Positions 9,279-17,071 of a stretch of DNA of 64,000 bases are shown piece by piece; position 1 is the stretch's first letter; each line of letters opens with the position of its first letter. Position numbers and translations under genes: made by a program. Origin of the DNA: an uncultured Erysipelotrichaceae bacterium (lineage in GTDB: Bacteria; Bacillota_I; Bacilli_A; RF39; UBA660); NCBI GenBank assembly GCA_902789225.1, contig CADANC010000001.1, positions 329,438 to 393,437 of the forward strand, written 5' to 3'. The notes beneath the pieces were generated by a model. It searched no databases. It saw only the letters and a list, made by a program, of their open reading frames with translations, and was not told where the DNA came from.

Positions 9279-10586
9279 ATGAACTTACCTACAGTTGCCA
9301 TCTTAGGTAGACCTAATGTTGGTAAGAGTACTCTATTTAACAAAATAGTAGGAAAAAAAGTTTCAATAATTGAAGACATCCCCGGAGTAACAAGAGATAG
9401 AATATATGAAAAAGCAAAATATAAAAACAAACCTTTCTATCTAATAGATACCGGAGGAATAGATGCAGCTAAACTTGATTTTAATGAAGAAATTAAATTA
9501 CAAGCTACTCTAGCAATAGAAGAAGCAGATGTAATAATTTTCTTAGTAGATGGTAAAGAAGGATTAACATCAAATGACTTATTAGTAAGAGATATACTAA
9601 GAAAATATGAAAAAAAAGTAATAGTTGCCATAAATAAAGTTGATGTTAAAGAAACTCAAAATAATATATATGATTTCTATGAATTAGGCTTTGATGATTA
9701 TATTCCAATTAGTTCAATTCATAACAATGGATTTATAGAATTAATGGATAAAGTAACAGAAGATTTTAAAGATAAAGAAGAAAAGCCTGATGATAGAACA
9801 AAAATATCAGTAATAGGAAGACCTAATGTAGGAAAATCATCATTAGTAAATGCTTTATTAAATGAAAATAGAATGGTTGTTTCAAATGTAGCTGGAACAA
9901 CAAGAGATTCAGTAGATACACCATTTAGATATATGAATAAAGAATATGTTCTAATAGATACAGCTGGAATGAGAAAAAAAGGAAAAATCTATGAAAATGT
10001 AGAAAAATATTCTTTATTTAGATCAATGAAAGCTATAGAAAGATCTGATATATGCCTTCTAGTAATAAATGCTGAAGAAGGAATAAAAGAACACGATAAA
10101 CATATAGCAGGATATGCAATAGAAGCAGGAAAAGGATTAATAATAGTAGTAAACAAGTGGGATACTGTACAAGATGAAAAAATATCAGAATACAAAGAAT
10201 TAATTAGAAATGAATTTCAATTTGCAACATATGCCCCTGTAGTTTTCTTATCAGCTCTAACAAAGAAAAGAATATCTACATTAATGCCAGAAGTTGAAAA
10301 AGTTGAAGAATCAATTACAAAAGAAATCCCTACTAATTTACTTAATGATGTAATCGGAAATGCACAAATGCTTAATCAAGCACCTTCATATAAAGGAAGA
10401 AGATTAAGAATCTACTTTGTTAATCAAACAGATATTAAACCACCAAAATTCACATTAAGGGTAAATGATAAGAGTTTAGTACACTTTTCATATGAGAGAT
10501 ATATTGAAAACACTTTAAGAAATAATTTTAATTTGGAAGGAACTCCCATTATAATACAATGGAAGAATAGAGGTAAAGAAGAATGA
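9279..10586 (+). CDS. der: ribosome-associated GTPase Der (EngA), tandem GTPase domains plus KH-like domain
   Basis: Two G1 motifs (GRPNVGKS, twice) are present, with DTGG/DTAG and NKVD/NKWD motifs. Confidence 0.95.
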   Translation: MNLPTVAILGRPNVGKSTLFNKIVGKKVSIIEDIPGVTRDRIYEKAKYKNKPFYLIDTGGIDAAKLDFNEEIKLQATLAIEEADVIIFLVDGKEGLTSNDLLVRDILRKYEKKVIVAINKVDVKETQNNIYDFYELGFDDYIPISSIHNNGFIELMDKVTEDFKDKEEKPDDRTKISVIGRPNVGKSSLVNALLNENRMVVSNVAGTTRDSVDTPFRYMNKEYVLIDTAGMRKKGKIYENVEKYSLFRSMKAIERSDICLLVINAEEGIKEHDKHIAGYAIEAGKGLIIVVNKWDTVQDEKISEYKELIRNEFQFATYAPVVFLSALTKKRISTLMPEVEKVEESITKEIPTNLLNDVIGNAQMLNQAPSYKGRRLRIYFVNQTDIKPPKFTLRVNDKSLVHFSYERYIENTLRNNFNLEGTPIIIQWKNRGKEE

Positions 10587-10858
10587 TATTAGATACTAAA
10601 AAGAACAATTTCAACAATGAAAAGAACAATTTTGAAACAAAGATGGATTCAATAAAAAACAATGCACAAATAGTAGATGAAGCAAATCTAAACCCATTTA
10701 TTGAAGATGTTAATTCAACTAGTTATGCTGATCCAACTAATACAAGAGCTATGAATGAAAAAAGACTAGCTATGCTAAATGATAGACTAGAACAAGGACA
10801 AATTTCATTCAATGAATTCAATGAACAAGCAAGAAAAATAAACAATAACGATAAATAA
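10583..10858 (+). CDS. small Asn-rich protein with SHOCT-like C-terminal motif
   Basis: A 91 aa protein whose start overlaps the der stop (ATGA). The C-terminus, RLAMLNDRLEQGQISFNEFNEQARKI, resembles a SHOCT domain. Confidence 0.4.
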   Translation: MILDTKKNNFNNEKNNFETKMDSIKNNAQIVDEANLNPFIEDVNSTSYADPTNTRAMNEKRLAMLNDRLEQGQISFNEFNEQARKINNNDK

Positions 10859-10890
10859 AAAAATCCACAATAATTGTGGATTTTTATTTT
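10857..10890. terminator. bidirectional rho-independent terminator
   Basis: AAATCCACAA-TAA-TTGTGGATTT is flanked by an A-run and a T-run. Confidence 0.65.
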
Positions 10891-11564
10891 GTAATTTTAT
10901 TAATAATTTCATTATAACCATTTAAAAGTTCATAAGAATTAAATTTTATTATTCCATCTTCTATATTCCATCCATCTTGATTATTCTTCAAATAAGTAAG
11001 AGCCTCTACACTTAAATTTAAATTATTAAGAATCATACTCTTATTATTATTTAAATCCTCTATACTATAAAATTTATTAGCAATCTTTTCTTCTTTAACT
11101 AATTCTTGATATAAAGAAATACATTTATCACTATCAGTATAATCTTTAATAAAATTATTTAAATATTTTTCATCACTCATAGTAATTAATTCATCTACAG
11201 CATTAGTATATTTTTTAATAGAGTCTTCTAAATAAGGAAGAGATTGTTTAAACTCTTTTCCATCTTTACTTATATTATCAATAGATAATATATTTTTTAA
11301 TGATTCATCACTACTAACTTTATTAATAACATCTATATCATGACTATAGGTTTTTAAATATATTTTAAGAGCTTCTTCTATCTTACCATAACCTAATAAA
11401 GACTTTGTATTTGTATCAAAATTATTCTCAGTCAATTCAAGATTTGCAATTCTATGAACTTCTTTTTTACAAGTAACTTCACTATATTTATCAACTGATA
11501 AAATACAACCAATGATGATAAATAGAATTACAACTACTATAATCCATATATCTTTATTTCTCAT
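10884..11564 (-). CDS. membrane-anchored / putative lipoprotein, unknown function
   Basis: The N-terminal hydrophobic segment ends FIIIGC (lipobox-like). The remainder is hydrophilic. Confidence 0.5.
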   Translation of the reverse strand: MRNKDIWIIVVVILFIIIGCILSVDKYSEVTCKKEVHRIANLELTENNFDTNTKSLLGYGKIEEALKIYLKTYSHDIDVINKVSSDESLKNILSIDNISKDGKEFKQSLPYLEDSIKKYTNAVDELITMSDEKYLNNFIKDYTDSDKCISLYQELVKEEKIANKFYSIEDLNNNKSMILNNLNLSVEALTYLKNNQDGWNIEDGIIKFNSYELLNGYNEIINKITK

Positions 11565-11571
11565 AAATCAC

Positions 11572-12159
11572 CTAACCATTAATAATAGAATCTATTTTAT
11601 TAATTACCTCTTTTACCCCTAATTTAGTTACACTAGAGAAAACTACCAAATCATCTCCCAATACTAAATCTAAAGTATCCATTATAGTTTTTAAGTTTTT
11701 CTCTTTTTTAGACCCGGTTACTTTATCTGCTTTAGTAGCAATAATAGTAACAGGAACATTAAAATATTTTAAATAATTATACATAAGAAGATCATCTTCA
11801 GTAGGTTTATGTCTAAAATCAATTATCATAAACACTCTTTTTAATTCTTCTCTAGTTTCTAGATATTCCTCTATCATCATACCAAATTTTCTTCTATTTT
11901 CTTTACTAGTAATAGCATAACCATATCCAGGAACATCAATTAGATAAAAACTATTATTAACTCCATAAAAATTTAGAGTTTGAGTTTTTCCGGGCTTACT
12001 AGATGTATGAGCCAAATTCTTTTTAGAAAGTATAGTATTAATAAAACTACTTTTACCAACATTACTTCTACCAACTAATAAGAACTCAGGCTTATTATCT
12101 ATCGGATATTGACTACGACGAGTCGCAATTATATCTAAATTAGCATCTTTAATCACCAT
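11572..12159 (-). CDS. engB: ribosome biogenesis GTP-binding protein EngB/YsxC
   Basis: A GRSNVGKSSFINTIL P-loop, DVPGYG and TKADK motifs are present in a 195 aa protein. Confidence 0.9.
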   Translation of the reverse strand: MVIKDANLDIIATRRSQYPIDNKPEFLLVGRSNVGKSSFINTILSKKNLAHTSSKPGKTQTLNFYGVNNSFYLIDVPGYGYAITSKENRRKFGMMIEEYLETREELKRVFMIIDFRHKPTEDDLLMYNYLKYFNVPVTIIATKADKVTGSKKEKNLKTIMDTLDLVLGDDLVVFSSVTKLGVKEVINKIDSIING

Positions 12160-13105
12160 AAGTATTCACCTCTAATAATTTATTTAAATCATGGACTAAA
12201 CAAATAGCCTCTTCTAATGTTTTTACTCTTGCTCCACTAGCAAATTGATGTCCACCACCATTATACTTTTCACATGCCTTATTAACAACAATTCCTCTAC
12301 TTCTAACAGAAATTCTATAAATCTTGTTTCTAACATCTTCAGTAATTGTCATCCAAATAGGTACACCATCAATATAATTAAAATTATTAATCATATTTCC
12401 AGCAGCAGCACTATCTACTTGATATTCAGTTTGTATAGCATTGTCAAGTAGAATATATCCTACTCCATTTTCAGTAATTTTCATATTTAAAGAAATATAA
12501 CCTTGTAATCTAACCTCATTAATAGAACGATTATAAATCTTAGGATATAAAGATTCTAAATCAAAATTATATTTATTCATATATCTAGAAACAAGTGCAA
12601 AAGTATTAGCAGTACAACTATTAAATAAAAATCTATTAGAATCACTAACTAACCCCATATATAGTAATGATGCAATGTTTTGATCACATTTTAAAGGAGT
12701 TTCTTCTAACATTTCCATCAATATTTCACAGGTACTACTCTTCTTATCATCAATAAATTCATAATTACAATATTCCTGAATAAAAGGATGATGATCAATC
12801 TTAATAGAATATTTAAAATCATCAAGTTTAACTGTATCAACCCTTTTCAAATCAGGTGTATCACAAACTATAAGTAATGCATTATCTAAACTCTCATATT
12901 TATCAATATTTCCAATACTTTTAAACTTATGAGATCCACTACCAACAGCAATAACTTTCTTTTCAGGAAAAGTTAATTTAATGGAATCTCTAAGAGCAAG
13001 AGAGGAACACAACGCATCAGGATCTACACCAATATGTCTAGCAATAACTATATTATCAAATTCTCTTATCTTCTCATAAATCTCATTAAACATATTAAAT
13101 ACCAT
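12149..13105 (-). CDS. nrnA: DHH/DHHA1 phosphoesterase, NrnA-like (nanoRNase/pAp phosphatase)
   Basis: DHH motifs are present (ARHIGVDPDALCSSLAL, DTPD, IDHH), with the DHHA1 GGGHQFASGA motif. Confidence 0.7.
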   Translation of the reverse strand: MVFNMFNEIYEKIREFDNIVIARHIGVDPDALCSSLALRDSIKLTFPEKKVIAVGSGSHKFKSIGNIDKYESLDNALLIVCDTPDLKRVDTVKLDDFKYSIKIDHHPFIQEYCNYEFIDDKKSSTCEILMEMLEETPLKCDQNIASLLYMGLVSDSNRFLFNSCTANTFALVSRYMNKYNFDLESLYPKIYNRSINEVRLQGYISLNMKITENGVGYILLDNAIQTEYQVDSAAAGNMINNFNYIDGVPIWMTITEDVRNKIYRISVRSRGIVVNKACEKYNGGGHQFASGARVKTLEEAICLVHDLNKLLEVNTYGD

Positions 13106-14297
13106 TCCTAACTAATTCATATGAATCTCTTGCTATAACAAGTTCTTCATTAGTAGGAATAACATAAACTAATACAGAAGATTCATCAGTACTTAACTTA
13201 ACAAACTCACTTCTCTTCTGATTTTCATCTAGATTTATTTTTACCCCTATTGTAGATAACTTTTCACATATTTCCCTTCTTACAGGAACAGAATTTTCAC
13301 CTACTCCTGCAGTAAATACAATCATATCAACTCCACCAAGTAATAAATAATATGATCCAATATAATCTACTACTCTTCTTACAAATTTATCCTTAGCTAA
13401 AATAGCTCTTTCATCTTCTTCATCACATTTTGCTAAAATATCTCTCATATCAGAAGAATATTCACTTAATCCTAATAAACCACTATCTTTATTTAATTCA
13501 TTAATAATTTCAAGAGCATTTTTTCCATCTTTTTCCATAACATATGGAATAATAGAAGGATCAACATCACCACTTCTAGTTCCCATCATAATACCAGCTA
13601 AAGGAGTAAATCCCATAGAAGTATCAACACATTTTCCATCTTCTATAGCACAAATACTTGCACCACTTCCTAAATGACAACTAATAAGTTTAAAATGTTC
13701 TTTATTAAGAATCTTTTTAGCTTCTTCACATACATATTTATGACTTATACCATGAAAACCATATTTCCTTACACCATACTTTTCATACCAATTATAAGGT
13801 ACTGGATACATATAACTAACTTTATCCATTGTTTGATGAAAAGCAGTATCAAATACAGCAACCATTGGAGTATTAGGTAATACTTCCATAAAAGCCCTAA
13901 CTCCTCCAACATTAGCTTTCATATGTAAAGGTCCTAAATCAATTAATTCTTCTAATTTATTTAAAACATCATCATCAATAATAATAGATTTATCAAAAAC
14001 ATCTTTACCATGTAAAATTCTATGTCCTACGCATCCTATTTCATCATAAGAACTAATAATATTAAGCGTAATCAACTTATCAAGAAGTATTTTCGCTGCT
14101 TCTACATGACTATCTGTAATTAATTCTTCTTTAATTTCTTCTCCATTATATTTAATTGTATAATTTGAACCATCTATTCCAATTCTTTCAAAAAGCCCAC
14201 TAGTTACTATAGATTCATCATCCATATTAAATAAGCTAAACTTTAATGAACTGCTTCCAGAATTAATAGCCAAAATTTTCATAGAGTCTCCCTCCAA
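13095..14297 (-). CDS. ackA: acetate kinase family protein (paralog 1, divergent HMKAN motif)
   Basis: The protein begins MKILAINSGSSSLKFSLF and contains VGHRILHG, MGTRSGD and TNEEL. It is 400 aa. Confidence 0.85.
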   Translation of the reverse strand: MEGDSMKILAINSGSSSLKFSLFNMDDESIVTSGLFERIGIDGSNYTIKYNGEEIKEELITDSHVEAAKILLDKLITLNIISSYDEIGCVGHRILHGKDVFDKSIIIDDDVLNKLEELIDLGPLHMKANVGGVRAFMEVLPNTPMVAVFDTAFHQTMDKVSYMYPVPYNWYEKYGVRKYGFHGISHKYVCEEAKKILNKEHFKLISCHLGSGASICAIEDGKCVDTSMGFTPLAGIMMGTRSGDVDPSIIPYVMEKDGKNALEIINELNKDSGLLGLSEYSSDMRDILAKCDEEDERAILAKDKFVRRVVDYIGSYYLLLGGVDMIVFTAGVGENSVPVRREICEKLSTIGVKINLDENQKRSEFVKLSTDESSVLVYVIPTNEELVIARDSYELVRNGI

Positions 14298-14383
14298 ACT
14301 ATAACTATTATACTATAAAAAAATAAAAAGGACTAGATTTCATAAACAAATAGATTTTTGATACTACATATCTAATCTAATTC

Positions 14384-14421
14384 TAATAAAAAAACTCTAA
14401 TTAAACAATTTAATTAGAGTT
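14384..14421 (-). terminator. rho-independent terminator overlapping the stop codon of the surface-protein gene
   Basis: On the minus strand, AACTCTAATTAAA..TTTAATTAGAGTT is followed by TTTTTTT. Confidence 0.5.
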
Positions 14422-16059
14422 ACTATATAACTTTACTATTATATTTGAACAGCCTATAAACAAAGCTAATAATATAGTTATAATTAATAAAACATTATTA
14501 GTATTAGGATTAGTAATAGGAACTTCTTTATAACGATTATTAAAAATAGCAGAATTTTCAGCAATATAAATATAAGAACCACCACTTAAATACTTGCAAG
14601 AAGGATCTCTATTTTTAATTTCATCAGTAAAATCTCCAATAGTAGTATTATAATAATCATCTTGTTCATAAACATCTCTAGTCATACGATAAACAGGATT
14701 ATAATTACTATTCATCTTTAAAACCTTAACACTAGGTCCAATGCCAAAATCAGAACTACCATAAGAACCACATTCAGGAGATGTCATATTAGATAAATCT
14801 AAATAAACTAAATTAGGCATATTCATAAATGATGTTGCGAAAACACTTCCTCTTTCTTTATTTTTAAATGTCCAATGAGACAAATCTAAATATTTAAAAC
14901 CCGAAGTATGAAATATACTAGATGCATCAACTTTATTATTAATAACAAGCCAAGATAAATCCAATAGTTCTAAACTAGGAGTATCTTGAAATAGATGTGA
15001 AGCATTAGTTAATTTATCATTTGTAGTAAAACTATTTGATATTTTTAATGTTTTAAGATTTCTAGAATAAGAAAACATATAACTAATATTAGATAATTTT
15101 TCCGCACTAAATGAAGTTAAATCTAATTCCTCAGCTCCTAAATACATAAACATATATTTCATTGTAGTAACATTACTAGTATCAAAAGAAGATAAATCAA
15201 GATTTCTTATTTTCACATCTTCAAACATATAACTCATATCAGTAATATTAGATGTATCAAGATGAGAAAAATCAACCTCTTCAGCATAATGCTTTAAATC
15301 TTTGAACAGCCCTGATCCATCTTTAAAAGTAGGTTTTATAGCATCTTCAAAGACTATCTTTTTAGGACAATGATTAGTTCTTCCTATATAATAGCAATAA
15401 CTCAAGGAGTTTCTAAAACGATCCTTATCAGTTTCAACATTGCGTAAATACATTTTTTTATTAACACCATCAACAGCTCTATTTTTATCACCAGAATTAG
15501 GAGCATCAAAAGGAAATTCAAAACTACTAGTATCTAAATCAACATATCTTTTAAAATACAACGTATCAGTATTCATATCTAAAACAGCATATGCATCCCC
15601 CTTAAGTTCTTCTTCTGTAGCATGATAAGGAGTAGATGGTTCATATTTAATAATCTCATTTTTCATTTCTTCTTCAATAGAGCCATCTTTATAATAATAA
15701 ACATTGACAGAACCATCAGGATTAGCATTTACTCTAACATATACAATACTATCATCATATGTATAGCCTATTTTTTTATCATTAACTTGTTCAATATAAT
15801 ATATATAATCAGTTTCTTCAGTAACAGGCTCAATTTCAATAGAATCAAAAATCACTTCACCATTTAAATTATTTTTTTTAGTTTGTATAACTTTCTTATC
15901 CTTATTTTTTAATTGAAAAACAAATTGCTCTTTTTCTAACTTTTTTCCTTCCAAATCAACTTTTGTTTCAATTGTAAATTCATTAGCATATACAAAAAAA
16001 GGAAATTGAATCAACATAAAAGCAAATAATAATATAGTCTTTTTCATATCTATCATCAC
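14410..16059 (-). CDS. secreted cell-surface protein: Spy0128/FctA-like pilin isopeptide domain plus DUF285 (BspA-like ~26-residue leucine-rich) repeats plus C-terminal NPNTN sorting-like signal
   Basis: A Sec signal peptide is present (cleavage after VYA). FVFQLKNKDKKVIQTKKNNLNGEVIF...VYVRV...YEP resembles the streptococcal pilin isopeptide domain. DUF285-type repeats DLSSFDTSNVTTMKYMF recur. The C-terminus is NPNTN, then 18 hydrophobic residues, then a VKLYSNSN tail. Confidence 0.6.
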   Translation of the reverse strand: MMIDMKKTILLFAFMLIQFPFFVYANEFTIETKVDLEGKKLEKEQFVFQLKNKDKKVIQTKKNNLNGEVIFDSIEIEPVTEETDYIYYIEQVNDKKIGYTYDDSIVYVRVNANPDGSVNVYYYKDGSIEEEMKNEIIKYEPSTPYHATEEELKGDAYAVLDMNTDTLYFKRYVDLDTSSFEFPFDAPNSGDKNRAVDGVNKKMYLRNVETDKDRFRNSLSYCYYIGRTNHCPKKIVFEDAIKPTFKDGSGLFKDLKHYAEEVDFSHLDTSNITDMSYMFEDVKIRNLDLSSFDTSNVTTMKYMFMYLGAEELDLTSFSAEKLSNISYMFSYSRNLKTLKISNSFTTNDKLTNASHLFQDTPSLELLDLSWLVINNKVDASSIFHTSGFKYLDLSHWTFKNKERGSVFATSFMNMPNLVYLDLSNMTSPECGSYGSSDFGIGPSVKVLKMNSNYNPVYRMTRDVYEQDDYYNTTIGDFTDEIKNRDPSCKYLSGGSYIYIAENSAIFNNRYKEVPITNPNTNNVLLIITILLALFIGCSNIIVKLYSNSN

Positions 16060-16162
16060 CTATTATAATTATATCAAAAAAGCAGAATAAAAAAATAAAA
16101 AAATGTAGATACCTATCTATATCTACATTTTTCTTACAAAGTTAATATTCCTAATTAAAATA

Positions 16163-17059
16163 TTATTTAAAATAATCAAATCCTTTTGAGTTGTTAGTTA
16201 CACCAAATGCATCAGCATATGTAGTAGCAGCAACACCATTAAATACATTACTAACACTATTCATAGTAGTATAGTCAACTGTATAACTAGGATTAATTAC
16301 AAATCCTTCAGACATATAAGTACCATCTAAATTAGTAAAATAATATATTCCTTTATCAGCACCTTGAGCAACTTCATAAGTAACAAATTCTTTACCACCA
16401 TAAGATTCATTCTTTGGATTAGAAACACTATCAAATCCGCTTTGAGCTAATAATGGTTGTACTTGAGTCACATCTAATAAAGCAGGTTTAACTTGATCCC
16501 AACTAACTCTTTCAACTAATAAAGCAGTTGCAAAAGTCTTTTGATCAGTTACAAGTAATGATCCATTATCAATTTGATAACTATATCCAGCTACTTTTTT
16601 GAATTTATATCCTGAATAATCAATTGTATCTTCTACAGCAACTGTACTTCCACCACCTGGAGTAGTAGTAGTTTGAACATCTCTTCCACCTACACCACCA
16701 TTTCCACTATCTTTTTTATCTAGCAAGAAGAAAATAACAACTATAGCTAATACAACAATAATAACTATCAAAACTGGAACTAACCATTTATTACCACCTT
16801 TATTAGCTTGAGGAGCTCCTCCATTATTAACAGGTGCATTGTTAACAGGTGCATTGTTAACAGGCATATTGTTAACAGGTTGATTTACCATATTTTGAAC
16901 TGGTTCAGGATTATTCATAACATTATTAACAGGTTGAACATCATTATTAACCTGATTTTCTACAGGACTTTCTCCAGTAGCAGGAACTTGACTAGCTCCA
17001 CACTTATGACATACCATTTCTCCTTCATTTAATCTTTCACCACAATTTACACAAAACAT
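16163..17059 (-). CDS. N-terminal zinc-ribbon, single-pass membrane protein with extracellular domain of unknown function
   Basis: It has a CxxC-x11-CxxC ribbon (CVNCGERLNEGEMVCHKCG), P/N/V-rich repeats and a TM helix (LVPVLIVIIVVLAIVVIFFLL). An extracellular domain of about 180 aa follows. Confidence 0.6.
   Translation of the reverse strand: MFCVNCGERLNEGEMVCHKCGASQVPATGESPVENQVNNDVQPVNNVMNNPEPVQNMVNQPVNNMPVNNAPVNNAPVNNGGAPQANKGGNKWLVPVLIVIIVVLAIVVIFFLLDKKDSGNGGVGGRDVQTTTTPGGGSTVAVEDTIDYSGYKFKKVAGYSYQIDNGSLLVTDQKTFATALLVERVSWDQVKPALLDVTQVQPLLAQSGFDSVSNPKNESYGGKEFVTYEVAQGADKGIYYFTNLDGTYMSEGFVINPSYTVDYTTMNSVSNVFNGVAATTYADAFGVTNNSKGFDYFK
16823..16882. repeat. about 4 imperfect tandem copies of a 15-bp unit (ATTGTTAACAGGTGC) inside the zinc-ribbon gene
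   Basis: Read directly from the sequence. The repeat encodes PVNNA/PVNNM repeats on the minus strand. Confidence 0.8.
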
Positions 17060-17071
17060 ATTTTTTACCTC

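Noticed and set aside
9224-9430. 68 aa minus-strand ORF overlapping the der promoter and 5' end
   Set aside because: It overlaps the strongly supported der start and promoter and has no motif. It is probably a frame artefact.
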